Source: Octopus bimaculoides
Lineage: Eukaryota
Assembly: GCF_001194135.2 (NCBI RefSeq)
Contig: NC_068982.1
Coordinates: forward strand, 61,498,867-61,562,866
DNA length: 64,000 bases
Reading direction: 5' to 3'
Both the position numbers and the translations under genes were made by a program. Under the pieces are notes generated by a model. The model was given only the letters and a program-made list of their open reading frames with translations, was not told where the DNA came from and did not search any database. Positions 1 through 12,551 of the stretch are shown here, piece by piece (the first letter of the stretch is position 1; every line of letters starts with the position of its first letter).

Positions 1-1003
1 TAAATTCAAATGACAAATCTTCAGAGGTCATCTGTACATGAAATAATCATATTCAGCAAATTTTCCTCGCCTGATTGTGGTCTCTAGTGCATGGGCATCA
101 TATTTTTAATGGTGAGTTTTGTGTCCTTGCAAAGTTTTGAAGCATATATCATGTAGTTTAACATGAATTTGGCTGCTTTTTCTACCAGGTCTACCTATCA
201 TGCAAAGGTTTTGTCATTAGTTCATACAGTTTAATAGTGTTATGGAGAAGATTTTACTGCCTTCCTACCTAGCCTCCCTAACATATAGGGGCTCCTTTTA
301 TAGCTCATACATACATGAGATAGTATAATGAGGTTTGAGGGAGATTTGATTGTTATTTCTACCAGGCCAAGATACCTTGTTGAGGTGCCCACATTTTTAT
401 CTCCAGTCCCTTTTACTGTCAACATATACAATGCACTGAAGTGTTGTAAATGTTGTCAGAGAAGTGGGGCACTAAAGAATAAATTTATGAAAAGTTACTT
501 TTTACATCTTCAGAACCTTCAATGTTCAGAATGTTGAACTTCTAAGACTGTTTTGAAAAAAAAAACAAATGTAAAAAAAAAAGTTGAATGTGCAAACAAA
601 TGCTGGCCATTAATTTTAATAACTTTCTACTATAAATGTTGAACTTTTTCAAGCAAATGGTGCATGTATAGGAGAGTACAATTCATTTTTCCAAAAAGAA
701 CGGCGAATTGAAAGAGAATGTGTTTTTAATTCAGGAAGGTTGTTTTTAGGTAGTCATCTCCTTTCACTCACTGTCATCTCCATCTTCTGGCTAGTAAGAA
801 AGGCTCTGTCAGCTTCAAACCATTAAGCTGTGCTACAGACAAAAAAATGCAGTCAAATAATAGAATGACTGAAGATAATTCTTCAAAACATTGCTAGAAA
901 TGTGTCCTAGGTGAATCCCTAGATCTTCAATGTCACAATAGTAATGCTGTAAATAGTATATTGCGTCTACTTATATTCACTTAACTTATTTCTTTTCATA
1001 AAG

Positions 1004-1098
1004 GGCTTCGTGGTTTGGAAAAGAAATCTCAACTTCTCTTGATACATAACTCAACACACATTGAATGCCCAAATTATAAAGGCCTAAGGCTTAAAAAG
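1004..1098 (+). CDS. FASTKD-family protein, internal exon (FAST_2-like region); 5' part of the gene is outside the window or not recognised
   Basis: ttttcataaag|...aag|gtgagt; translates (G)LRGLEKKSQLLLIHNSTHIECPNYKGLRLKK, resembling the FASTKD 'LLxINxxxxLExPxYxGPLL' motif; ends phase 0, matching the next exon. Confidence 0.8.
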
Positions 1099-1340
1099 GT
1101 GAGTATAGATCTAAATACACACATTTTTCAGAAAAAGAGATGCAGTTTGATCCTGGTCTACAGTAGTAAAAATAAAAACAGACACATTCATACACATGTC
1201 AGTGATGGGCTTCCACACAGTTTCCAACTACCAAATTTCAGTCACAAGGTCAACCTAAGGTTACAATAGAAGAACCTTACCTAAGATGCCATTCATTGGG
1301 GTTTAACCCAGAAACACATGGTTGCAAATATCACACGTTT

Positions 1341-1932
1341 ATTTCTGTAACTAATCATCCTTTCACCTACGGGCACAAGGCATGAAATTTTCAGGGAGAG
1401 GGCTAGTCAGTTACATCAGCCCCAGTACTTGACTGGTGCTTATTTCATCAACCCCAAAGAGATGAAAGACAAAGTTGACCTCGGTGGAATTTGAACTCAT
1501 TCTGTCCAGTGTGTTAAAGATTCTGCCAGCTGGCTGCCTTATATCTGTATTTAATTATATATTTCAAATTTTGGTGCAAGGCCAGCAATTTCGAGAGAAG
1601 GGACGAGTCATTTACTTTATTGACCCTGAAAGGATGAAAGCAGAATTTGAATTCAGAACGTAAAGATAGATGCCTGGCATGCATTTTGCCTTGCTGCCTT
1701 ATGTCTGTATCTAATAACTGGTTTCAAATTTTGGTCCAAGGCCAGCATTTCAGGGGAGGGAGTAAGTTTATTACATCGACCAGTGCTCGACTGGTACTTA
1801 TTTTATTGACCTCAAAAGGATGACAGACAAAACTGACCTCATTAAATGATGCTGATGGACAAAATGCTACTTAGCATTTTGTCCATTGTGCTAACAATTA
1901 TGCCAGCTTGCAGCCTTATGTCTGTATCTAAT
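1341..1932 (-). mobile_element. Three tandem copies of tRNA-derived SINE family A
   Basis: each unit is the reverse complement of aaggcggcgagctggcagaa...gagttcaaattcc...gtcaactttgcctttcatcc...aagtaccagt...ccttgtgcc; units are separated by a repeated 15-bp motif. Confidence 0.8.
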
Positions 1933-2339
1933 AATAAAACTTAAAACTACATGGGAACTTCTATATGGTCACTTAAACTAGAAATAGTAGGGACATTTCT
2001 CACAAAATGTCAGGAGGAAGGTTTGGACATAGTGTTGAGTGTGTGAACAAGAGTAAAGAGAAAAGGAGAGACAAATTGGTTAGAATTACCTGAGTGGAGT
2101 TGATATGAGTTCTGAAGAGTAGAGGCCTTTATAGTATAAATAGAAAAGGCAGCAGGAGGAAACAACACACCTGTGGGCTAGAGGCCGGAGCATGTCTGTG
2201 AGTGATTTTATGCTTATCAGTCAAGTGACTTTTCTTTATCTTGCATTTGTTAAATATAGGTTTTCATGAAAGATCAGAGTTATCAATATATCTCTTTCAT
2301 ATTTTATAGTTATTGAGAGTTTTTTTTCTATTATTGTAG

Positions 2340-2499
2340 CAAGCAGTAAAGAAATTTCAGGTATCAGATTTTCAAAGGGCCATCAAATTTGAACTGAAAA
2401 CTCGTTCTGGTTTAAGTCCAATCTATGAACAACTTGTAAAATTAATTGGACCAAGTAAAGTACACTGCCACATGATACTACCACACTTTACAACAGCAG
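2340..2499 (+). CDS. FASTKD-family protein, internal exon
   Basis: ttattgtag|caa...gcag|gttag; open frame QAVKKFQVSDFQRAIKFELKTRSGLSPIYEQLVKLIGPSKVHCHMILPHFTTA; phase 0 to 1. Confidence 0.8.
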
Positions 2500-3174
2500 G
2501 TTAGCATTTTTTTCTTATCTTTTCAATCAAATATTCTCTCACTTTTTAAATTATTAAAAGATTTTACAACTACTTTTATAAATAATGTAAGTTTGGTTCT
2601 CACATCTGATCATTATCATACATCTATTTTTTTATGCTTGCATTGGATGGACAAGTTTTCTCATGCACAGCATCTCGTTACTTGTTTCCTTTTGTCATTT
2701 CTTTCATAAAGTTTAACCTGCTGCACTTCATGAAATCTCCTCATGCTTTCCTTGGTCTTCCTCTTTCATTTGGATCACTTGGCCCTTCTTTACCCTACGG
2801 TTAAAAGATTAATTCCAAGTAATTTTAGTGAACATTTTTCCATGCTAGCCTAAGTGAAATGGTTATTATTGGACCAATTCTTTCTACTGGATGCTCTTCT
2901 AATTTCCCGTCGCCACCCAACCAAATATGTTGTTAAACAGATAAGAAATAGGCAGAGTTATGTCCCCTGCAATGTTATAAAACAGTGATTCCGCTCCACT
3001 TCCCGTCAGTTAATATTCTTTTCTACTCTAAGCACAAGGCCCGAAATTTTTGGGGAAGGGGCCAGTCGATTAGATCGTCTCCAATACGTAACTGGTACTT
3101 AATTTATCGACCCCGAAAGAACGAAAGGCAAAGTCGACCTCGGCGGGCAGTCAGCTAATATTATAACACGCCGG

Positions 3175-3392
3175 AAGGCGGCGTGTTGGCAGAATCGTTA
3201 GCACGCCAGGCAAAATACTGAGCGGCATTTCGTCGAATTTACATTCTAAGTTTAAATTCCTTCGAGGTCAGCTTTGCCTTTCATCCATTCAGAGTCGGTA
3301 AAATCAGTACCAGTTAAGCATTGGGGCCGATGTAATCGACTTACTCCCTCGTTTAAATTGTTGTTGTTGTGCCAAAATTTGAAACCAGCAAT
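3175..3392 (+). mobile_element. SINE family A, full copy (an inverted partial copy lies at 3016-3146)
   Basis: A-box-like tggcagaatcg and B-box-like gtttaaattcc; similar copies at about 4566-4775(+), 7482-7700(+), 8684-8895(-), 14488-14660(-), 22822-22975(+), 31909-32124(+), 35078-35255(+), 55222-55424(-). Confidence 0.8.
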
Positions 3393-3408
3393 TAAATAAC
3401 AGAAGAAT

Positions 3409-3444
<36 letters not shown>

Positions 3445-3450
3445 TTACAG

Positions 3451-3616
3451 ATATTGAACTTCACCTAAACTCTGACAACTGCCCTTTAAACTTCACACCA
3501 TCAAGTGTGAAATTAGATTCTGATGATACAAGAACTGTTAAATTCCAACAAAGTGTTACTGAAGATTTATTAAAGCAACTTACCAACCCATCAACTGGCA
3601 AACAAACTGATTACAG
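3451..3616 (+). CDS. FASTKD-family protein, internal exon
   Basis: long poly-T tract + ttacag|; DIELHLNSDNCPLNFTPSSVKLDSDDTRTVKFQQSVTEDLLKQLTNPSTGKQTDY; phase 1 to 2; weak donor gtgcag (an alternative in-frame donor lies 6 nt downstream). Confidence 0.8.
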
Positions 3617-3964
3617 GTGCAGGTCTTAATTATCATTTTTACTCACAGTTATTCATCGTCATTGTCATCGCTTTACTCTCTACCTTTCAATGCTTACATG
3701 GGTTAGACTAGAGTATGTTGGAGCAGAGTTTTTCTCCAACAGGATGTCCTTCTTGTCACCAACCCTACCACCCTTTACAGTATTCTCCCTTTCTATGAAA
3801 CAACAAACAGCACCATGCAAATGAATCTTTTGTTTACAAAGATTACACAACCAGTCAAGAAGTCTGAATGTTTTTGTAGTGGACTACTGCAAGCAAAGAC
3901 TTCATGAGTGAACACAAAGGACTTACAGATTCAACCACACACACACACACACACACACACACTT

Positions 3965-4210
3965 CATCATTGTCATCCTCACCATCCTTAACATCCATTT
4001 TCCATGCTGGCATAGATTGGAAAGATTGACTAGAGCTGCCAAGAAAGCTGCACCAGGTTTCAGTCTAATTTAACTTGGTTTCTATGGCTGGATGCCCTTC
4101 CTAATGCCAACCACTTTACAGAGAGTACTGGACACTTTTATGTGGTGCCAGCATGGGTGCTTTTTGTGTGGCACCGGCACAGGGCTCATGCAGACCAATC
4201 CTCTTCACCA
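3965..4210 (-). mobile_element. RTE-LINE-associated short repeat (family C) with (GAT)n 3' tail
   Basis: catcat...tttccatgctggca...ggatgcccttcctaatgccaaccact motif; similar copies at about 5580-6180, 9690-10430, 11095-11500, 17405-17830, 19770-20180, 35640-35780, 37180-37490, 45555-45750, 54690-54950. Confidence 0.7.
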
Positions 4211-4786
4211 GAAGGAGTGGCTTATGTATGGTGTGTGTCCCCCCAGTCTGCTCACAGGGCTGCAGCAGAAAGCACTTACCCAAGGTGTCACACTGAGACT
4301 GAACCTGGAACCATGTGGTTCAGAAGCAAATCTTAACCACACAGTGGTTTCCCACTTCTGTTTTCATTTCTAAGACACACAAATAATCTAATTTGCATTG
4401 TCAATGTAATGAAGATTATAAAGTGTTCTAAAGATTAAGAAAGTTATGGAGCATTTTCCTTATTTTTCTGGTTAAGTTTGAATTCTTAATTAAGTTCTTT
4501 CTGTCAACTTCAAATATTAAATAATTCATTTATTATAATTACTGTTACAATTGTTCCTATTACTGTGGCAAACTGGCAGAATTGTTAACAAGCCAGGCGA
4601 AATGTTTAGCAGCATTTCATCCATCTTTACATTCCAAGTTCACCTTCTGCCAAGGTTGATTTTGCCTTTCATCCTTTCAGGGTCAATTAAATAAGTACCA
4701 GTCAAGTACTGGGGTCGATGATACCAACTAGCACCTTCCCTCCAAATTTCAGGCCTTGGGCCTATAATAGAAAGGATTATTACTAT

Positions 4787-5290
4787 TATTATTATAATTG
4801 CCTTTGCACAGCTTCTAACACTGGAGATGTATTACAGTGTCAGCTGTTCACTACCAGTGAACTAAGGTAACACCTCTTATTTTTCGAGCACCTTCTCGAG
4901 TACTTGAGCAGTTCCAAGCAGCGCTGTTTTCTGCAAGTGCTCCATCCTTATTGCAGCCCCTATTTATTCCACGTACTTCTCAAGATTTTTGCTCACTGTT
5001 CCCAGGGCTCCAACAATTATTGGTACTACTGCTACCTTTTTCACCGACCACAATTGCTTAACTTCCCAAGCTAACCTGTCGACTTTTCTTTCTTCCTTAT
5101 CACATACTTTGTTGTCAGCTGGGCATGCTATATCTATTATCCAGCATAATTTGTTTTCTTTCTCAATTAAGACTATTGTCTGGCTTCCTATTCTCTATCT
5201 CATGGTCGCACTGAATCATAAAATCCCATAGGATCTTTGCATTTCCATTTTTGATGATGCCTTCAGGGTTCTGGTCATAACAATTTTTTG
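4787..5290 (-). mobile_element. 3' end of a non-LTR retrotransposon with a restriction-like endonuclease (R4/Dong/NeSL-type), degenerate
   Basis: minus strand reads HEIENRKPD..LIEKENKLCWIIDIACPADNKV...VVPIIVGALGTV...LQKTALLGTA (PD-(D/E)xK RLE and typical C-terminus), followed by an (AAT)n tail. Confidence 0.75.
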
Positions 5291-6301
5291 CTCTGTCAAG
5301 CAATATGAAATAAAGTGTCTTGTTCAAGAACACAACACACAGCCCAGTCCAGGAATTGAACTCACTCCTTATGATTGTGAGCCCAATGCTCTAACCACTG
5401 AACCAACTGGCCTATTAGGCCAATATTGGAATAAAATCCACATTTACAGTGGGAGATCTGACTGTTGAATGGTCGTTGGTGATTGGAACAGTTTGAAGAA
5501 GCAACCAATAAAATAGGCCCACTTTCTCTTCAACTCTCTTATAAATAATATCTAAACAAAGCTTACTAGGATCATTTTAAAAATGTTATAAATATGTAAG
5601 AAATGGATGAGGACAGCTGTGTAAAGAAGTGCCAGTCTCTAATTGTGGAGGGAACCTGTGGAAGGGGCAGGCCCAGGAAGACATAGCATGAGGTGGTGAA
5701 ACATGATCTTCAAACATTAGGCCTCATGGAAGCAATGACATGTGACCAAGACCTTTGGTGATATGCCATGCTTGAGAAGGCCCATGAAGCCAAGTGAAAT
5801 CATAGCCATAGCCAATGCCAGTGTCGTGTAACTGGTACCCGTGCTAGTGGCACGTAAAAAACACCCTTCAAACGTTGGACCTCACATAGGCAATGACAAA
5901 TGACCAAGACTTTTGGCAATATGTCATGCTTGAGAACTGTGAAGACAAGCGAAATTGTAGTCATGGCTGATGCCAGTATCACATAATTGGCACTTGTGCC
6001 AGTAATGTATAAAAAGCACCACCCATTACACTCTTGGAGCGATTGGTGTTAAGAAAGGCATCCAGCCATAGAAACCATGCCAAATCAGATTGGAACCTAG
6101 TGCAGCTCTCCAGCTTGCCAGTTTCAGTCAAACTGTCTAACCCATGCCAGCATAGAAAGCAAATCCTAAATGATGATGATGACTAATAGACATTCTAACT
6201 ATATATATTTCAAATTAAATAAAATAACTCACCTTAAATAAAAAGTGATTTTCATTTATGAAAAATAAATGATTGTTATAATTTCCTTTTCTTTTTTTCA
6301 G

Positions 6302-6322
6302 GAAAACCAATATTGCCAGAAG
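6302..6322 (+). CDS. FASTKD-family protein, 21-nt microexon
   Basis: ttttttttcag|gaaaaccaatattgccagaag|gtaagg; (R)KTNIAR; phase 2 to 2, leading into the RAP exon. Confidence 0.7.
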
Positions 6323-7801
6323 GTAAGGATTTAACTGTCATAAGATGAATGGACAACTGTTCATGTTGAGACTATATAAATATATATACTTTTTTTTCTT
6401 TATTGTCTGTTGAAATACTGATAAGTTTTGTTATAGTAGAAATGGTACACCCCTTCCACGGGACAAGTGGTATGAGATAGCTACTATAAAGTGAGATGAC
6501 ATCAATCAGTACAAGGAGTCATGTGTCGGTCATTGTAGAGTCGTTGTACGAGTTCTCATTTGGAGTTATGTGCCAAGTAACAGTCAAGGTAGGCAGTTCA
6601 AATTCAGTGTCTTGCAGAGCTATCAGTAATAGCACAACAGACAAAGCAGTATATTACCATTCAGGTATAGAAGAGATACACTGTATCCGATACCAAGAAA
6701 ATATTGTGACTACTAGAGTAGATACAACAGCTACAGTCACAAGAGTGGCCACACATTATAACTGTGGAAAACACCACATCATGAGTTTTTTACAGAATTT
6801 TAAATAATTATTGCTTCAGTCCCGTGTGTGTGTGTGAAGTAGGTAATGGTTGGATAATTCCATAGGGACAAAAACTCATGGTTTAAGAAAGGCTGGGTTT
6901 AGAGATGAGAAAGAGGTCAAAGTTGTTTAGGGTGTGTATATGTTTGTTAGGGATGTATATAAGGAATGAAACTAGTTGTTATAAAGAGTTAGGATTGCAA
7001 AAGATTCAATTTTTACAGCACAGCCTTAGTGTGGAGTGAGTGCAAGGACCAAATGAGCTGAGGAGGTCTTCTGAAAGAAAGAGTAAAGCAAGATAGATGA
7101 TGGATATCCTTAATGGAGGACATCTTTCACCAAGATATGGTCAAAGAGTTGTTAGTGGTTAGATGAAGCAAATGTATTTAGGGAAGTGATGGAAGGAGAA
7201 TTTAAACCAAAGTAACTGGAATAAACGATATTGAAAGTAACTGGAAGAATGCAAATATGTGTAGACACTGCCTTTTAGAACAAAATTTAAATATAATGTC
7301 TCATCTGGAAACCTAGCTCTTTTTGTAAAAAAAAATGCATGTACTTCAATATCTCAGTGTTGTAAATTTAAATCCCTCTAAACTAGTAAAACAAGTATAA
7401 AGAATGATGTGAAACTATTCTTCACTTGCAATATCTAACTTCATGCCATGTCAGAAAAATCAATATTTATTACACTTCCTAAGGCAACAAGCTGGCAGAA
7501 TCATTATTGTGCTGTGCAGAATGCTTAGTGGCATTTCCTCTGTCTTTTATATTCTGTGTTCAAATTCTGCTGAGATTGACTTTGCCTTTCATCCTTTTCA
7601 GGTTGATAAAATAAGTACCAGTTGAACACTGGGGTTGATGTAACCGACTCACCTTGTCCCCCTAAATTATTGGCCTTCTGCCAAAATTTGAAACCAATAT
7701 TTATTACACTTTTTTTAATCATTTATTATTTAATGTTTTTTTGTGTGATGTGAATTACTATGTTGATGATAAGTTGTAATTCTATTTTATTTTACAACCA
7801 G

Positions 7802-7919
7802 AATTGTCATTCAGGTAGCAGGGCCAAACCAGTGTTCTCTTACTGAACCACACGTGATCTTTGGAACCTATCGTACCAAACTGAGACAGTTAGAATTGTT
7901 AGGTTTTGAGGTTATTCTG
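7802..7919 (+). CDS. FASTKD-family protein, RAP domain exon
   Basis: tttacaaccag|...ctg|gtaagt; (R)IVIQVAGPNQCSLTEPHVIFGTYRTKLRQLELLGFEVIL matches the RAP pattern 'IAxxxxGP...G..xKxRxLxLLGFxV'. Confidence 0.88.
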
Positions 7920-10825
7920 GTAAGTATTCTGACTTTACCACAATTCAGTGTGTGCAACCCAAATGTGTAGCAGCCAAACTGCTTGTCAAAGTTAATCAAT
8001 GAAAATTAAGTGATCAAACTGGCAAAATCTGGCAAAATTATTCTACCTGTTTTATGTTCAAACTGGTCAGATGTGGCCTCTCATACCTTCCCTATAATGT
8101 CATTCGAAAAATACAAAATCACATCATTGAAATCTCAAAGCTTCAAGATAATACATGATTAATTCAAAACAATGTGAATAAGTTTGACAAGTAATCTGGA
8201 TGCTAATGGATTAAAGAGTTAAACCTTGTAAGAATTGAGGGTGCATGCTATTTATATAACAAAAAAAACCCAATAATTATGCCTTTAAAAAGTGTTGGGG
8301 TTGTATTAGTTACATCAACTCTCATTATCTCAAATCAATGACCAACATAGTCATTAAGTCGTTGACATGATTCATTTTGTTTCTGTTAGTAAGAAGTAAA
8401 TCAATGACAACAAAAGAATCAGCTTAACTTATTGATTTATAACAAAATGCTCCTCTCTACACTTAATGGTAAACATTTTCCCGACACTTCAACATCTGTT
8501 AACGTTTGCAGTTATATCATCATCATCATCACTGATAATAACAATAATGTCTCACTTTAGCACATGGCCATAAATTAATACTACCTCACTATGCTACCGC
8601 TGCTTCTTTTGTTTAGCCTGGAAGGATCATAGATAAAATTTTACCTGAACTCTGCAAGTTGAAGGAATATAGCTAAATATTGGTTTCACGTTTTTGGCAC
8701 AAGGCCAGCACTTTTAAGGAATGGATAAGTCAATTACATCAGCCTCAGGTTCAACTGGTACTTGTTTTACCAACCCTGAAAGAATGAAATGGCAAAGTTG
8801 ACCTCATCAAAATTTGAACCCAGAATGTAAAGAACCAGAAGAAATGCTTAGCATTTCGTCCAACTCATTAACAGCTCTACCAGCTCACTGCTTTAATATA
8901 GCTAAATATTAAAAGACATTTAGATCAGCACCATATCAAATCTCCTTGTCCACCACCTTTACTATAATAAACAATAAACAAGTAAAATAGTTAAGTGCTA
9001 ACAGCTGACAGATGAATCTGTTTAAAATATCAGTTTATGATATTTTATACAGATTTAGCAAAAGAGTAAGTATAACATACTCATGTACGTATATCTCTTT
9101 TTTTCTTCAGTTAATACCCACTCACTCATATTCATAGCAGGGACATCATCATCATCATCATCAATAATATCTTAAAATACCTTTTCTAATATGCTATACA
9201 GTCTTTTGTACAGCATATTGTTACTTGTCTCAATCTTTTGCTTCCTTGCTTGTAAAGCCCAAAATCTGGAGATATGACCTTACCATTTCTTTCCATGTCT
9301 TTTATTGTCTTTCTCTACCACAAGTATCTTTCACTGACTGCATACAAAACATTTCCATTAACAATCATCATCTAATCACATTACACAGCCATACCAACTC
9401 AGTCATCTATCCTACATATATCAACTGACACCTTTAACAGTCCGTTGCCCTTTTCTTACAGATTGACACTAATCATCCAGTGAATCATCTTTCTCTCAAT
9501 ACCTTCCAGCTTCAACAGATCTTCATTCAGGTCTATGGTGTCACGATCTTGTAGCATAAGATTTTTTTTGTACATGGTTCATTCCGCCTGTCAAAAGGCA
9601 TCACTGACAACGGGTTTTAGGATTGCTTCATAGTTAAGTGATTAACAGTATGAATGGTATCATCCACTATCGAAAGACTTGCGCCATCATCATCATTTAG
9701 CATCCGCTTTCCATGCTGGCATGGATTGGACAGTTTGACAGGAGCTGCCCAGGTTCCAACTGTCTGTTTTGGCATGGTTTCTACTGCTGGATACCTTTCC
9801 TAACACCGACTACTTTACAAAGTGTACTGTGTGTCTTTTACGTGGCACCAGCACAGGCACTTTTATGTGGAACCAGCACGGGTGCTTTTATGTGGCACTA
9901 GCACAAGTGCTTTTTACATGACACCAGTGCCTGCAAACCCTCAAGAGAAAGACCACTTGGCTAAGAAAGGGACAGAGAGGACATACATGTATATATGAAT
10001 GGCCACAGTTTTACTTAGCTTGACATGTCTTCTCAAGCACAGCAAACTACCGCAAGTCTTGGTCCCTCAGTCCCCCAGTGTCTGGAAGATCCTTTCTTAT
10101 TACTTCATACCACATCTTCCTGGGTCTACCCCTTCCACAGGTTCCCTCCACAATTAGAGATCGACACTTCTTTATGCAGTTATCCTCACCCATACACATC
10201 ATATGACCATACCAATGCAGTTTTCACCCTTGCACGCAACAACTGATGCCTCTCATACCCAATTTTTTTCTTAAATCATTTACACTCTGTCGTATATGCA
10301 CACTGATATTACTCATCCAGTAGAGTATGCTGGTTTCATTTCTTTCAAGCTTTCACATGTCCTCTGTTGTCACAGCCCATGTTTCATTGCCATATTACCG
10401 TGGCTATACGTACACCGTATCCAGATTTTCAAAACCTATCTTTATCATGGTAGCATAATAGATGGGGAAATAGATGTAAATCAGTAAAGACAGGAAAATG
10501 ATAAAGAAATAAGGATGAAGAATATCTTATATTTGCACAAAGCCATACATCTGCAGAGGTGTAGTGTATGGTCTTTTGATTCAAGCTCAGTATATACTGG
10601 TACTTGTTTTATCAATCTTAGAGAGATACACAAAAATAGAAACCTTTTATTGAAACAAAGGAAACAGCTGTCTGAACTTCTTGTTGCAAATTACTCTAAC
10701 TAATCTGCTTCTACAACTTGTAATTATGTAAGAACGTATTGGTATGTGTGTGTATATTTGTGATGGAGAAAGACTTGGTGGGAGGGCATACATATATTAA
10801 TGTATAACTTTCTTTTTAACTTCAG

Positions 10826-10939
10826 ATAACTTCAACTACAGCAAGACAGTTAAATGAGAAATTAACTTTTGATGAACAAAAGGAGTGGATTCTTCAGAAT
10901 ATTATTGAGAAATTCAACATAAATATTAACAACACATGA
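10826..10939 (+). CDS. FASTKD-family protein, last coding exon (end of RAP domain, stop TGA)
   Basis: tttttaacttcag|ata...aca TGA; ITSTTARQLNEKLTFDEQKEWILQNIIEKFNININNT*; phase 0 matches the upstream exon. The paralogue (FASTKD1/2/3/TBRG4/5) cannot be assigned by eye. Confidence 0.85.
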   Translation: MTSTTARQLNEKLTFDEQKEWILQNIIEKFNININNT

Positions 10940-10978
10940 AACTTATTTATTTCATTAATTGATTATTTTGATAATACA

Positions 10979-11001
10979 AATAAAATTATTGAAACAATAA
11001 A
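10979..11001 (+). terminator. Candidate polyadenylation signals of the FASTKD gene
   Basis: AATAAA at 10979-10984 and 10996-11001, 40-60 nt after the stop codon. Confidence 0.5.
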
Positions 11002-12206
11002 GATATTCTTAAACATTTGTCCTAATTTAATCAGTTTATTGAATCCTGAAGACGGTTATTTGATTTCCTCAAACCTCAGCATAATTATCATCATCATCAT
11101 CTTTTAATGTCCACCTTCCATGCTGGCATAAGTTGGACTGTTTGACAGGAGCTAGCCAGACAGAAGACTGCACCAGACATCTGTATCTGTTTTGGCAAGG
11201 TTTTTATGGCTGGATGCCCCCAACACTGGCAGGGTCACCAAGTAACTTGCAAGACAGATCCTTTGAGAGGGGAAGGGGCATTGGAGGAAGTGACTTTGCA
11301 TCAGATGATAAAAGGTTATAATGAGACAGAAACAGGTATCTTGCTGTAGAGGTGGTACATGGTTACCTGGCCAGAGAGAGAGCGAGATCCAAAATGTGAA
11401 CAAATAGGTGTGCTCCTGTAAAGGAGATACATGGTTACCTAGCCTGAGCGAAGAGCAGGAGGAGAGAGAGAGTGGGAGACAGCAAGAGTGTGCTGGGCAT
11501 ACTTACAAGGGACAACATAATAATGTATTTATTCAGCTCAGACATCAGCTTTAACATTCAAGCACACAAGTTTACATGTGACCACTTTTATTACAAATAG
11601 TGGCTATCAGATTTCAACCAAGATATACTACAAGATACCTAGGGCAGAATTCATTTCTGTGAAAAATAGAAGAATAAAAAAAAAGGATGTACATGAGTAA
11701 CAAAATAAAGATGCTTTTTAAAAACTAAGGTTTGCATGAAATGTGGTGACAACCCAGTATGAAATCTCTTTTATTGTAGAATGAAGTGAAATAAATTTTT
11801 ATTGCCTTTTTCATCATCCTATCCTATGAAGAAAGATTTTAGTGTGATAACTCTAATTGTAACCTAGAATAGAAACTAAATGGAAGTTGTGCAGCATAGA
11901 GATTTATGATTTAGTAAACCTGGAAACCATTTTGGCAAAAACTTACTGAGTCGCAGTCTTTTACCTTTGACTTGTTTCAGTCATTAGTCTCTGGCCATGC
12001 CGAGATACCACATTTAAAGAATTCGAGTTCAACAAATTGACACCAGTACTTATGTTTTTTTAAGCCTGGTACTTATTCTATCAGTCTCTTTTGCCAAACT
12101 GCTAAATTATAGGGATGTAAACATACCAACTGATTGTCAAGTTATGGTGGGGAATAAACACACGTACAGAGCTTTTTAGCACCCCCTCATACATATATAA
12201 GGTAAT

Positions 12207-12551
12207 GGAGACTGGCACATCATCAAATTTTCTTTTAATTTTCAGTTGGTTGTACAGTATAACTGACAGACCTGTGTTTCTACTGCACAGAGATTATGCT
12301 GGGTAGCAGTTGCACATGCTACCCAGCATAATCTTCTGTGCACTTTCATTCAAGGTCCTTCAACAAGTGTAGGTGGAAGTGAACTGACGTCAGTTCACTT
12401 GTTAAAAGACCCTGAATGAAAGTGCACAGAAGATTACACTGGGTTGCATGTGCAACTGCACATACTCTGTGCAGCAGAAACACGTCTGTCTTTGTAACCA
12501 ACTAATTATGTTGTACAACCAACTGGGAAATTTGGTGATGTACCAATCTCC
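12207..12551. repeat. Long imperfect palindrome (MITE-like foldback) with a nested hairpin
   Basis: arms ggagactggcacatcatcaaattt...cagttggttgtaca / tgtacaaccaactg...aaatttggtgatgtaccaatctcc; perfect 24-bp central palindrome at 12377-12400. Confidence 0.8.
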
